Positions 1 through 12,524 are shown, numbered from the whole stretch's first letter. The stretch is DNA of 63,005 nucleotides, filler included, from Chiloscyllium plagiosum (GCF_004010195.1; 4 parts of one record of this genome joined end to end with filler, not necessarily neighbours in it); one strand, 5' to 3'. A program made the numbers and translations. Notes: generated from the sequence alone by a model not told the origin.

Positions 1-790
1 CAACAACTGTTCCTTAAACAGTCTCCACATGTCTATAGTGCCCTTTCCATGGAACAATTGCTCCCAGTCCATGTTTCCCAACTCACGTCTGATAGCATCA
101 TAGTTTCCTTTTCCCCAATTAAATATCCTCCCATTGTGCCTGCTTCTCTCCATCTCCATAGCTATGTAGAATGTGAGGCAATTGTGGTCACTATCACCAA
201 AATGCTCTCCTACTGCAAGATCTGACACCTGCCCCGGCTCATTGCTGAGCACCAAATCCAAAATGGCCTCTCCCCCTGAACACACCTTACAAAAACAGCT
301 CCTTCCAAACCATCTGCTCGAAGGAGGTTCCAATCAATATTGGGAAAGTTAAAGTCACCCATTACAACAACCCTACTACATTCACACTTTTCCAAAATCT
401 GCCGACCTATGCTTTCTTCAATCTCCCTGCTGCTACTGGGGGGCCTGAAGTAAACCCCTGATGAGGTGACTGCTCCCTTCCTGTTCCTAATTTCCACCCA
501 TACTGACTCAGTCGGCTGACCCTCCTCGACAATGGAAGCTTCTGTAGCTGTGATACCCTCTCTGATTAGCAGTGCGACACCCCCTCCTCTTTCTCCCCCC
601 TTCCTATTGTTTTTAAATGTTCTAAACTCTGGAACATCCAGCAACCATTCCTGCCCCTGAGAAACCCACGTCTCTGTTATGGCCACAACATCATAGCACC
701 AGGGTACTGATCCATGCTCTAAGCTCATCACTTTTATTCCTGATACTCCTTGCATTGAAGCAGACACATTTTAATGCATCCCTTGGTTCT
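1..790 (-). mobile_element. CR1 LINE ORF2 fragment, apurinic-like endonuclease domain, decayed and internally deleted
   Basis: ORF 210..767 has APE motifs YDVVAITETW, GGGVALLIRE, YFRPP and VVVMGDFNFPNIDW. Confidence 0.9.
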
Positions 791-844
791 TTCCCAGGAA
801 ATTCCTTCCACTGGCTGCACTACCTCTTGCTATTGCCTCATCTC

Positions 845-1265
845 TATCAACTCTCACCACCGCGCAGTCTGTATCCCTGTATTCCCTGCCAATTCATGTA
901 GCTGTCAAGGTGCCTCTTAAACGTTGCTATTCTATCTGCCTCCACCACCTCCTCTGGCAGCACATTCCAGGCACTTACCACCCTCTGTGAAAAAAACCTG
1001 CCTCGCACACCTCCTTTAAACTTATCCCTATTCGCTTTAAACTTATGCCATGCAATAATTGACATTTCAGCACTAACTATCCATTCTATCCATGCCTCTC
1101 ATAATTTTGTAAACTTCAATCAGGTTGCCCCTTATCATTTGACATTGAAGTGAAAATAAACCAAATTTGTCCAATCTCTCCTCACAGCTAAAACCCTCCA
1201 ATCCAGGCAACATCCTGTTGAACCATTTCAGTATCCTCTCTAAATCTTCCACATCTTTCTGGTCA
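845..1265 (-). mobile_element. CR1 LINE 3' fragment
   Basis: ORF 847..1065 contains FFSQRVVSAWNVLPEEVVEA..IATFKRHLD, the CR1 ORF2 C-terminus. Confidence 0.88.
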
Positions 1266-1294
1266 GATATCTCATCAATGGTGAGTTTTTGTTT

Positions 1295-1855
1295 TGTTTT
1301 GTTTACTCACTGGATATGGGAATTGCTGGTTAGACCAGCATCTATAACCCATCCCTAATTGCCCAGAGGGCAGTTAAGAGTCTTAGAATCCCTACAGTGT
1401 GGAAGTAGGCCATTAAACCCACACTGAACCTCTGAAGAGCACCCCACCCAGACCCACACTTGTAGCCCTGCATTTCCTAAGGCTAATCAATGAAATCTAC
1501 ATATCCCTGGACACAATTTAGTATGGCCAATCCATCTAACTGCACATCTTTGGGCTGTGGGAAGGAACTGGAGCACTTAATGTAAATCAATGCAGACACG
1601 GGGAAAACATGCAAATTCCACACAGTCACCCAAGGGTGGAATCAAACCCTGGTCCCTGGTGCTAACCACTGACTCACCGTGCTGCCCATATTGCTACGGG
1701 TCCACAGTCATGTGTAGGCCAGACCAGGTAAGGATGACAGTTTCCTTCCCTGAGGACATCAGTGAATCAACTGGGATTTTCCTGGTCCTCAGGATATTAC
1801 CAGGCCCACTGAATTAATAATCTAGCAATAATACCACTAGGCCATCGCCTACCCA
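1295..1855 (-). mobile_element. tRNA-headed SINE ('SINE-B' here), split by an HE1 insertion
   Basis: Reverse-complement match to the copy at 12525-12870. Head aggcgatggcctagtggtatt lies near 1830-1850 and tail gggcaattagggatggg near 1347-1363. Confidence 0.75.
1384..1688 (-). mobile_element. HE1-like V-SINE
   Basis: Reverse complement has tRNA head gcacggtgagtcagtggttagcac, the V-domain-like core and a CR1-like tail. Confidence 0.82.
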
Positions 1856-1995
1856 AGTGCTTCTGGGTCCGGTGAGTTAGCGAATCGAGCTGGTGAGAGG
1901 ATGAGAGGAGTGGCACATGGGTCATGGCTGGTAGTCAATGAGATGAGTTTCAGGGAGAGAGAAACCAGCAGAGAGAAACACCATAGTGATGGAGT

Positions 1996-2460
1996 CGCAC
2001 GGTGGCTCAGTGGTTAGCACTGTTGCCTCACAACGCTAGGGACCTGGGTTAGATTCCAGCCTTGGGCAACTGTGTGGAATTTGTGTATTCTCCCTGTGTC
2101 TGTGTGGGTTTCCTCCCGGTGCTCTAGTTCCCTCCCACAATCCAAAGATGTGCAGGTTATGTGAATTGGCTGTGCTAAATTGCCCATAGTGTTCAAGGAT
2201 GTGTAGGTTAGGTGCACTAGTCAGGGATAAATATAGGGAGAGAGAGAACTGCAGATGCTGGAGATGACAGTCCAGTGTCTGGTGCTGGAAAAGCACAGCA
2301 GGTCAGGCACCATCCAAGGAGCAGGAGAATTGACATTTTGAGCATAAGCTCTTCATCAGGTAAATATAGGCTAGGCTAATGGGTCTGGGTGGGTTACCCT
2401 TCAGAGGATTGGTGTGCACTTGTTGGGTCAAATGGCCGTTTCCACACTGTAGGGATTCTA
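1996..2460 (+). mobile_element. HE1-like V-SINE interrupted by a PLE mini-element
   Basis: Contains gcacggtggctcagtggttagcactg...gggtttcctcccggtgctc...gtttccacactgtagg, with an insert at 2238-2360. Confidence 0.88.
2238..2360 (-). mobile_element. PLE family A terminal mini-element with degenerate HHR and 10-bp TSD
   Basis: Matches the family A terminus. taaatatagg occurs at 2228-2237 and 2361-2370. Confidence 0.82.
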
Positions 2461-3089
2461 CCAAGAAACTTGACCAAAATGACTCTTATTCAGAATCTGG
2501 GAAGCCTCAGATTCTCTGCAGTGTGGTGCACAGCTGGTGTGTCACAGTACAGAGTGTACCCCTCCAGTCTATCAGGAATAAGGTCCATGACACAAGGAGA
2601 GCTGTCAGGAAACACTGCAAAAAGAACACCGAAATACTGCACTTCCCTTAAAGACTAGAAGAACCGTTTCCTGGAATTGGCCCATCGAATGCGGTTCTAT
2701 TTTTGTGAGAGAGCTGTGTCCTTTGTCTGATGTTGCTAAGAGTGGAGCAATTAAATGGGCTCAGTGTCTCTGAGTTCTTTCACAGCAGTAATGAAAATGA
2801 GATCAATGCGGCTTTTGTTCCATCTAGAGGATATGAGCAAAGAGGGTGAGCCTTTAAGTACATCTAAATGAGATGACAAGGATGGCTCAGCTAGGAATGT
2901 GTTTGATGGCTAAACAGATTCATTTGACTGAGTTAGAATCACAGTGTGCTTACAGCACTCAAGGGTACAATTCTCTCCATCAATATCTCTGCAAGAACAG
3001 TGTGTCTCGTTGCATTCTCCTGCCTCCCCACTTCCTTTGAAAATATTTCCTCTTCTGATAATCAAGCCATAGAACCATGCAGTTTTTGC

Positions 3090-4210
3090 ACAGAAACAGA
3101 GAACAGAAGCAAGAGTAGGCCATTCAATCCTTTGAAACTGTTCTGCCATTCAGTATGATCACACCTGATCTTCCAATTTAGTCCCCTGTTGCCGCTTTCT
3201 CCTCATATCCTTCCAACCCTTCAGCCTGGAGAATGATATCTAACTCATTTAAGAAAATATTCTATTTTTTTGCCTTAACCTCTTTCTGTGGCAGGTAATT
3301 CCACAGGCTATCCAGTCTCTGGATAAAGACATTTCTCCTCATCACAGTCCTAAATAGCCTAACCTGTATCCTAGACTGTGGCCACTGATTCTGGACTCCC
3401 GCTCATTAGAACACCCTACCTACATTTATCCTGTATATCACCACAGAGTTACCATCACTGATTCCCTATTTATCCACATCAGTGGGGATCACCACTGACC
3501 AGAAACTCAAGTGGACTCACCACATGAATACAGTGGCTACAAGAGCAGGTCAGAGGCTAGGAATACTGTGGCAAGCAACTCACCTCCTGACTCCCCAAAG
3601 CCTGTCCCACCATCTCCAAGGCACAAGTCAGGAGTGTGGTGGAATACTCCCCACTTGCCTGGATGGGTGCAGCTCCAACAACACTCAAGACGTTTGACAC
3701 CATCCAGGACAAAGCAGCCCACTTGATTGGCATCACATCCACAAACATCTGCTCCCTCCGCCATCAACACTGAGTGTACAAGATGCGCTGTAGAAATTAA
3801 TCAAAGATCCTCAGACTGCACCTTCCAAACCCACGACCACTTCCACCTAGAAGATACATGGGAACACAACCATCTACAAGTTCCCCTCTAAGCCACTCAT
3901 CGTCCTGATTTGGAAGTATACCACCATTCATCCGCAGTCATTAGGTCAAATCCTGGAATTCCCTCCCTAAGGGCATTGTGGATCAACCCACAACAGGTGG
4001 ACTGCAGCGGTTCAAGAAGGCAACTCGCCCCCACCTTCTGAAGGGGCAACTAGGGACCGGCAATAAATGCTGACCCAGCCAGTGATGCCCATACCTCATA
4101 AATGAATAAATTTTTAAAAAACTCCTGTAAGCATTTTATATTTTTTATCAGATTCCTCCCATTCTTATAAACTCCAGCAAATATAGTCCAAAACCGATCC
4201 ATCTCCTAAT
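3090..4210 (-). mobile_element. Old CR1-like 3' end, split by a LINE insertion at 3436-4122
   Basis: Degraded CR1 tail (gtaggccattc...tttctcctcatcacagtcctaaat). tcctgta is repeated at 3429-3435 and 4123-4129. Confidence 0.6.
3436..4122 (+). mobile_element. CR1/L2-group LINE 'family 2', 5'-truncated 3' end with 7-bp TSD
   Basis: Encodes GITTDQKLKW..H and EYSPLAWMGAAPTTL. Ends aataaatgctg...aatgaataaa with an A-rich tail. TSD is tcctgta. Confidence 0.82.
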
Positions 4211-4384
4211 GTCTTTACCGAGTGAAAAGAGGTCCTTTGGCCCCTTGTGTCCATACTAGTCATCAAACTTCCATCTCCTTTCATCTCATTCTCTTGTCTA
4301 TGTGGAAAACCACAATTGAACCTGTTTCCTCTGAACACTCAGCCTGTGCACTCCAGGTCCTAACAAGTCGATGGTTAAAATTTG

Positions 4385-4715
4385 CCAAAGAAATTCACCA
4401 AAGATCCTCAGACAGTTTCTTCTAAACCTATGATCATTTCCATCTAGAAAGACAAGGGCAGCAGATATATGGGAACACCACCACCTTCAAGTTCCTCTCC
4501 AAGCCACTCACCATCCTAACTTGGAAATATATCGCTGTTCCTTCACTGTTGCTGGGTCAAAATCCTGGAATTTCCTTCCTAAGGGCATTGTGGATCAACG
4601 TACGGCAGTGGTTCAAGAAGGCAGCTCACCCCCACCTTCTCAAGGGGCAACTAGGGACGGGTAATAAATGCTGTGCCCAGTCAACAATGCCCATATCTCA
4701 CAAAAATGAATAAGA
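4385..4715 (+). mobile_element. LINE family 2, 3' end
   Basis: Homologous to 3790-4115. Confidence 0.8.
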
Positions 4716-4844
4716 GAAGATTTATCCTCATGCTGTCATTGCTATCTCTTTCAGAGATCTTCAATCATTTCCCTCAGATAGATCAACAAAATTTCAAGTA
4801 CAGACTCTGGAGGAAGTTTGTTTCCTGAGGGTGGACAGGTTCTT

Positions 4845-7015
4845 AAAGATCGAAGAACAGGATAGCACAGAAACAGGCTGTTCAGCTCACCAAGCCTATG
4901 CCAACACGATGTCTTTCCAAACTAAAAACCTTCTGCCTCCATGCTATCCATATCCCTCTATTCCCTGGCCATTCATGTATCTGCCAAGATGCCTCATAAA
5001 CGTTGCTATTGTGTCCCCCTCCACCACCTCTTCTGGCAGCCCATTCCAGGCACTTACCACCCTCTGTGCAAATAAACCTGTCTGTCACATCTCCTTTAAA
5101 CTTAGTCTCTTTTACCTTAAACCCATGTCCCCTAGTTAATGACATTTCTACCCTGAGAAAAAGACTCTGACTATCCATCTACCCATGCCTCTCATAATTT
5201 TGTACATTTCGATCAGATCACCCCTCATCTTTTGACATTCAAATCAAAACAAACCAAGGCCAATCTCCCCTAGTAGCTAATACCCTCCGAAACAGGCAAC
5301 ATCTTGCTAAATCTTTTCTGTACCCTCTCCAATGCCTCCACATTTTTTGGTAGGGTGGCAAACAGAACTATACACAATATCCCAAACGTAGCCTAACTAA
5401 AGTACTATACAGCTGTAATATGGCTTGCCAATATTTACACTCTATACCACAAATTTTTGAAGGTAAGCATTCTATACGTCTTCTTGACCACCTCATCTAT
5501 TTGTGTTTCTTATCCAATTTCAGGACCTGTATGCCTAGATCCCTCTGTCTGTTAACACTTTTAAGGAATCTTCCATTTACTGGAAATTTCCCTCCTGGAC
5601 TAGATCTCCCAAAATGCATAATCTCGCATTTGTCTGAAATAAATTCCATCTGCCATTTCTCCACCCAACTGTCCAGTCTATCTATATCCTGCAGTATCCT
5701 CTGGCAATCGTCCTCACTATCTGCAGCTCCTGCATTCTTTGTGTCATCAGCAAACTTACTAATCAGGCCACCTACATTCTCCTCCAAATCATTTATATAT
5801 ATTGCAGACAACAAGGGTCCCAGCACTGATTCCTGTGGAACACCACTGGTCACAGATCTCCAACCTGAAAAGTCACATTTCACTCCTACTCTCTGTCTTC
5901 TATGACAAAGTCAGTTCTATATCTATCTTACCAGCTCACCACAGATCCTGTTCACTTTCTGTATCAGCCGGCCATGATAGACCTTCTCAAAGGCCTTACT
6001 AAAGTTCATATCAACAACATCTACCATCCTGTCCTCATCAATCGTCTTCATCGCCTCCTCAAAAACTCAATCACGTTTGTGAGGAAGTGACCTTCCCTGC
6101 ACAAAGTCCTGCTGCATATCACTAATAAATTCACATTTTTCCAAATGTGACTAACTCCTATCCCCAAGAACTTTCTTCAATAATTTCCCTACCACCGACT
6201 GACCTCCAATATCCCAGATTATCCCTGTTGCCCTTCTTAAACAAAGGAACAATGTTGGATATTCTTCAGTCCTCTGGGAGCTCTCCTGTGACTAAAGAGA
6301 ATACAAAGATTCTTTACAAGGCCCCAACAGTTGCCTCACCTGGTTCCCTCAGCATTCTGGGATAGATCCCATCAGGTCCTTGGGACTTGTCTCCCTTAAT
6401 GCTTTTCAAACACCCAACACTACCTTTTCTTTATATCGACATGCTCAAGAATATCAACATACCTCTTCCAAGACTCACCATCCACCATGTCCTTCTCCTT
6501 TGTGAATACCAATGCAAAGTATTTGTTAAGGACATCACCCACTTCCTCCGGCTCCACTCATAAATTCCCTTCTTTGTCTTTCTTTGTCCCTTTCCCGAGC
6601 TACCTTCTTGCTCCTTATATCTGTTTCAAATGTTTTGGGATTTTTCTTAATCTTGTTTGCATTTCATGGTCCCGGTTTTAGTTCTTTCCTGCTGACATTA
6701 TATTCTTTGAGAGCTCTGTCTGTCTTCAGTTTCCTAATCCTTATGTATGCCTCCTTTTTATTTTTGTCTAAGCTCTCAATTTCTTTTGTCTTCCAAGGTT
6801 CCTGAACCTTGCCATCCTTATCCTTCATTTTCACAAGAACATGCTGGTCCTGAACTCTGATCAATTGGCCTTTAAAAAATTCCCAAATGCCAGGTATGGA
6901 TTTACCCTCAAATGGCTGCTCCCAATCTATATTCCAGTCCCTGCCTTGTATTTCTATAGTTAGCTTCCCCCAGCTTCGTACTTTCATCCGTGGAACACTC
7001 TTATCCTTATTCATA
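4845..7015 (-). mobile_element. CR1 LINE, long decayed ORF2 (RT) fragment with 3' end
   Basis: ORF 5497..5883 contains SGVPQESVLGP, YINDL and KFADDTK. The CR1 C-terminus lies at 4882-5178. Confidence 0.92.
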
Positions 7016-7187
7016 AGTAATACTTCTCAATAGTTGTTTTATTTTCCAGTTCAGCTTGCTGCATTCTGATTCTTGAGGATTAGTGAGGCTTGGTTTTTAC
7101 CACAGCAACATGTAGAATACAGAGCTGTTTGAATGGAGAATGCTCTGTGACCCATTCAAGTCCTGCTCAAGAGATTGATCACGGCTG

Positions 7188-7635
7188 ACTATTGCAGTGT
7201 GCAATGATTAAGAGCTGTTATTATCAGAGGCGTCATCTTTTGGATAAGATGTTAAGCCAAGGCACTGAGTACACCTGGAAGTACTCAAGGATGCCCTTAC
7301 AAGAACGGGTTACGATGCTCAACTCATCGACCGCCAGTTCTGACGTGCCACAGCAAGGAACCGTAATGACCTCCTCAGGAGACAGACACGTGCTGCAACT
7401 GACCCTTCGTTACTATTGCAGTGTGCAATGATTAAGAGCTGTTATTATCAGAGGCGTCATCTTTTGGATAAGATGTTAAGCCAAGGCACTGAGTACACCT
7501 GGAAGTACTCAAGGATGCCCTCACAAGAACGGGGTACGATGCTTAACTCATCGACCGCCAGTTCTGACGTGCCACAGCAAGGAACCGTAATGACCTCCTC
7601 AGGAGACAGACACGTGCTGCAACTGACCCTTCATT
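7188..7635 (+). repeat. Tandem direct duplication, 2 x 224 bp
   Basis: 7188-7411 and 7412-7635 are near-identical, as are ORFs 7192..7431 and 7416..7658. Confidence 0.95.
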
Positions 7636-8578
7636 GTTCAGTACTTCCCAGGAGCTGAAAATTGTGCCATGTTCTTCGTGACCTGCAACACATTATCAAT
7701 GAGGATAAGCACCTCACCAAGACCTTCCTCACATCTCCACTACTTGCCTTTAAACAACCGCCAAACCTCAAACAGATCATTGTTCGTAGCAAACTGCCCG
7801 GCTTTCAGGACAACTCCATACAATCCTGTCACGGTGGACGCTATAAGACGTGTCAAATTGTGGACATAGATACCACCATTACGCGTGGGGACACCTCCCA
7901 CCTTGTACATGGCAGGTACTTATGTGACTCAGCCAATGTTGTCTATCTTAGACTTTGCAGGCAAGGATGCCCGCAAAGGCTACGACAATGGATGAATGGG
8001 CACCGCACAACAATTAACAGACAGGAGGGTTCCCTCCCAGTTGGGGAACACTTCAGTGGTCCAGGACATTCAGCCTCGGACCTTCGGGTGACCATCCTCC
8101 AAGGTGGACTTNNNNNNNNNNNNNNNNNNNNNNNNNNNNNNNNNNNNNNNNNNNNNNNNNNNNNNNCTCCGTTATCTCACTTTTTAGATTAGAATCAATC
8201 TAAACATCATGGCATAAACAGAGAACACAGGGGGCCAACACCTTCAACATATCACCATTGTTAACAGCTAACCCGAGAATGCAACTTTTTTAAACTTTAA
8301 AAAAAAGATTTACACATGAAAGAAGTGAAACTATCACTGTATTCTAACAGATGAAAGGCTTAACAATCAATTTTTCAATGTATAATTTCAGTTACATCAC
8401 ACTGTAAATTTTTGCTATAAATTCTGTGTGTTAGGGTTGAGCCCTCCACTATCACCTGATGAAGGAGCGTCGCTCTGAAAGCTAGTGTGCTTCCAATTAA
8501 ACCTGTTGGACTATAACCTGGTATTGTGTGATTTTTAACTTTGTACATCCCAGTCCAACACCGGCATCTCCAAGTCAT
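7270..8578 (+). mobile_element. Penelope-like element family B, 3' part (linker, GIY-YIG, 3' repeat)
   Basis: ORF 7662..8192 contains LAFKQPPNLKQI, CHGGRYKTC, CDSANVVY, LRQWMNGHR and VGEHFSGPGHS. Confidence 0.9.
8453..8487 (+). ncRNA. Minimal type I hammerhead ribozyme motif (PLE family B)
   Basis: cac CTGATGA a GGAGC gtc GCTCT GAAA GC TA gtg. Stem I cac/gtg, 5-bp stem II with one G-U, palindromic AGCT stem III. Confidence 0.8.
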
Positions 8579-8589
8579 GACTATCATCT

Positions 8590-9350
8590 CAGTAAGACAT
8601 TGGTGAGGCTACTTTTAAATACTGCCTACAATTCTGGTCACCCTTCTTTAGGACGAATGTTGTTAAACTACAAAGGATGCAGAAAAACGTACCAGGATAT
8701 TGCCAGAACTGAAGGGTTTGAGTTCTAAGGAGAGGCTGGATAGCCTGGGACTATTTTCACTTGAGCCTAGGAGGCCAAGGGATGACCTTACAGAGGTTTC
8801 TAAAACCATGAGGTACATGGTTGGTTAGGGTGTATAGCCAAGATCTCTCCTGTTCCCTAGATGCTGCCTGACCTGCTGCGCTTTTCCAGCAACACATTTC
8901 CATCTCTGATCTCCAGCATCTGCAGACCTCACTTTCTCCTCTATTTTCACTTGAGCCTAGGAGGCCAAGAGATGACCTTACAGAGGTTTCTAAAACCATG
9001 AGGTACATGGTTGGTTAGGGTGTATAGCCAAGATCTTTTTCCAAGGATAGGGGAGTCCAAAACTAGAGGTCATAGGTTTAAGGTGAGAGGAGAAAGGTTT
9101 AAAAGGGACCTGAGGGGTAACTTTTTCACGCAGAGAGTGGTGCATGTATTGAATGATCTGCCAGAGGAAGTGGTAGAGGTGGGTTAAATTACAACGTTGA
9201 AAAGCCATTTGGACAACCACATGGATAGGAAATGTTTAGGGGGATATTGGCCAATGCGAGCATATAGGACTAATTCAGTTTAGGAATCCTGGTTGACATG
9301 GAAGAGTTGGACCAATGGGTCTGTTTCAATGCTGTATGACTCTATGATTG
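8590..9350 (+). mobile_element. CR1 3' fragment containing a PLE terminus insert and a 96-bp duplication
   Basis: CR1 C-terminal sequence ending in the tatgactctatga tail. The insert lies at 8847-8940. Confidence 0.85.
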
Positions 9351-9981
9351 TAAAAGGCCACGTGGCAATATCTCAGGGGGAATTATCTGCCATGTCCTGT
9401 ACCATATTCATTTCTCAAACACTATAACACATTGCTTAGTCAATATCAGCTATTGTTTGCAGCAATTTGTAAAATGCCTGTTGTTTGCAAAATAGTCACT
9501 GTTGTAATGTTTCCTAAATCACAAGAGTGACTACAACTTAAAGGGTACTTATTTGTCTGTAAAACATCTTGGAATATAAAGGCAGTATTCAAATATAAGT
9601 ATGACTTTTTGCACTCTTCATTTGTCTAACCTGAAGTCACAGACTGGTTACAGCACCGAAGGATACATATTGTTCTGTTATGTCTGTGTTGGCTTTCTGC
9701 AAGATCAATGTACCCAGTCCCACATGTTTTATACAGTTCCTACAGCTAAAAAGACCAAAGGATATGGGGAGAAAGCAGGTACAGGGGACTGAGTTGGATG
9801 ATCAGCCATGATCATATTGAATGGTAGTGCAGGCTTGAAGGGCTGAATGGCCTACTCTTGCTCCTATTTTCTATGTTTCAGTGTTTCCTGGTACTGCCAT
9901 GTTTGCACTTCACTGCAGACTGAGCTCACATGCCTTCAGTTTGTCCCATCTGCAGCTTTGAAAACTGCTGCCTATGGGATT

Positions 9982-10124
9982 AAGTTAAAAATCACACAAC
10001 ACCAGGTTATAGCTGCCTCGAGCACCTCGAAAGCTAGTGCTTCCAAATAAACCTGTTGCACCATAACCTGGTGTTGTGTGATTTTTAACTTTGTCCACCT
10101 TAGCCCAATACCGGTACCTCCAAA
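9982..10124 (+). mobile_element. PLE family B fold-back mini-element
   Basis: aagttaaaaatcacacaacaccaggttat is inverted to ataacctggtgttgtgtgatttttaactt. Partial HHR gaaagctagtg. Flanks are gcctatgggatt (9970-9981) and gcctgtgggatt (10125-10136). Confidence 0.8.
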
Positions 10125-10654
10125 GCCTGTGGGATTGAGGGAGTCTATGGTACCTGCAAAGTAACATGCCCTCAGCAGCACACAACAAGTTAAAACAACC
10201 CTTTCGCTGCATTATAGGAGCAGCCTAAAGGAAGGTTCTGTCTGTAGATAGAGTGGTGAGAGACATACTGCTCGATCTGTGATGGTCTGGAACATATTAG
10301 TTTGGTTTTTACAGCAGTAAAGTGGTCAGAGGGTCATATAACTGCAGTAATAAAATGGTTGGAAGGAATTAGCAAGTTTAAGTGCACTTACTTTTGATCC
10401 ATGTTGTAATTCTGCTGTGATTTCTCTATATCTTTGTTTAATTACAATTCATTGGCTGGAATGTAGAGATCAAAGATAAAAACAGTGCCTAAGTGTTAAT
10501 GAATCACTACATGATAGCATTTATATGAGAGCCAAGGGTATTATAGGACGATAAATACCTGATCCTGCAACTGTGTTCATATATTTGTGTGTGAGACTAT
10601 TGTTTGATGTAACAAGCCAACTTTGATATAAACATCTAATACTCCAGGCTGATC

Positions 10655-10710
10655 CTACTGAGCTGACTGACAGCCAGCTACTGAGCTGACTGACAGCCAG
10701 CTACTGACTG
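10655..10710 (+). repeat. Short tandem repeat, 23-bp unit x2 plus partial
   Basis: ctactgagctgactgacagccag is repeated. Confidence 0.85.
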
Positions 10711-10769
10711 ATACCCAGCACAGACACAATGTCCTCTTTACATGTTCATTGACAAACTTCTGTTTGGGG

Positions 10770-11455
10770 AATAGATGGAATTTAATTCAGATAAATGTGA
10801 GGTGTTGCATTTTGGTAAGACAACTGAATTAAACTGCATTTATTTCAATGCAAGAGGCCTGACAGGTAAGGCAGATGAACTCAGGGCATGGTTGGGAACA
10901 TGGGACTGGGACATCATAGCAATTACAGAAACATGGCTGAAGGAGGGCAGGTCTGGCTGCTCAAGGTTCTGGGGTATAGACGCTATAGGAAGGATAGAAG
11001 GGGAGGCAAGAGAGATGAGGGAGTGATAATCAGGGAAAGCATCATGGCAGTACCTAGAGAGAATATTCCTGAGGGACTGTCCAATGAAGCTAATATTTTG
11101 AGGGACATAGATAAGATGAATAGAAAGGCCTTTTTCTCAGGATGGGGTAGTCCAAAACTAGAGAGCATATGCTTAAGGTGAGAGGGGAAAGCTTTAAAAG
11201 GAGCCCCCCAGGGGCAACTTTATCATATAGAGGGTGGTGCAAGTATGGAATGAACTGCTAGAGGAAGTGGTAGAGGCGGGTACAATTACAACATTTAAAA
11301 GACATTTGGACAGGTACATGGATGAGAAAGGTTTAGAGGGATATGGGCCAAACACAGACAAATGGGACCAACTCAGTTCAGGAAACCTGGTTGGCATGGA
11401 CGAGTTGGAAAGAAGGGTCTGTTTCCGAGCTGTATGACTCTTTGGCTCTATGACA
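10770..11455 (+). mobile_element. Rearranged CR1 (RT piece, endonuclease piece, 3' end)
   Basis: MEFNSDKCEVLHFGK is fused to CIYFNARGL..DIIAITETW, followed by VWNELLEEVVEAG and the tail. Confidence 0.82.
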
Positions 11456-11509
11456 CAGTTAACTCCATCTTGTGATCGTCGTCAATGCACCTTTTTAGAA
11501 GAACTTAAG

Positions 11510-11940
11510 AGGAAAAGAAATAGGTGTAGGCCATTTAGCCCCTCAAGCCTGTTTCATCATTCAATCAGATGATGGCTGATTTGATTGGGCCTCAACTCCA
11601 TTTTGCTGCCTGACCGTCCATGACCTTTCACCTTCTCATAGATCAAGAAACCTGTTAATCTCAGCTTTGACTATATTCTATGTGCCAGCCTCCACTGCTC
11701 CTTGGACGAGAGAATTCCAAAAAGCTAATGGCTCACCGAGAGAAGAAATCCCTCCATATCTCTGTCTTAAATGAGTGACTCCTTATTCTGAGATAATGCC
11801 TTCTGGTCCTGGACTCTCCCATAAGGGAAACAACCTTTTCACATCCACCTTGTCAAGTCCCCTAAGAGGACCCTATGTTTCAATAAGGTCACTTCTCATT
11901 GTTCCAAAGAGTACCAAACTCACCTAATCTCTCCTCATGA
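11510..11940 (-). mobile_element. Old CR1-like 3' end
   Basis: Degraded CR1 tail and C-terminal sequence (gtaggccatttagcccctcaagcctg...). Confidence 0.65.
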
Positions 11941-12524
11941 GGACCATGGTCATTGATGAGCCCTTGTCCTCCGCTTGTAATTCCCATGATGGCCAAAGCT
12001 CGTGGTGACACTCTGAGAGGCCGCTGGTGGCTTTGGGACAGGCCGGTGTCCTTTCCGGGGAGGGGTGTAAAGTGAGGTCAGTGTTTCTCTCTCCTCAGAA
12101 GCTACCAGACCCGCTAAGTATTTTCAGCAGCTTCAGGTTTTATTTCCCATTTCTGTAGTGTTTTGCCTTCATTTCCCAGAGTCATTTGATTTGTTTTTCT
12201 GACAACAGCTCTATCTTGACTGGAAACTTTCTGCCAATAATCAATGATCACACACAAAGCCAATTACCGCCTGAAGTTAGTTAATGGCATGTTTCCTCAC
12301 TGTGTCCACATTTCATGTTCCTGGCTCAATTATGCATTACCTTGTACTAATCCATATCCCATCCCCCTGCCATTCCTTGCTTTTTCTACTGAAGAGTGGT
12401 GACCACATGTAATTAAGTGTCAACATCAACATCCACATCAATCCAACTGTTTACTTTCGAGTCTAAATTGAGTATGGGGAGGGATAGGAGATAGGGGGCT
12501 AGATCCATAAGTCACTTGAAGTTG

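Larger units (their letters stand above)
7110..9610 (+). mobile_element. Old DeuSINE (SacSINE1/AmnSINE-like), split by PLE and CR1 insertions; parts at about 7110-7265 and 9350-9610
   Basis: cagaggcgtcatcttttggataagatgttaagccaaggc and aatgtttcctaaatcacaagagtgactacaactta resemble the Deu-SINE body and tail as I recall them; not database-checked. Confidence 0.55.

Noticed and set aside
12015..12035. CTCF-like motif ccaccagcggcctc (minus strand)
   Set aside because: It is only a partial match, expected by chance in 63 kb.
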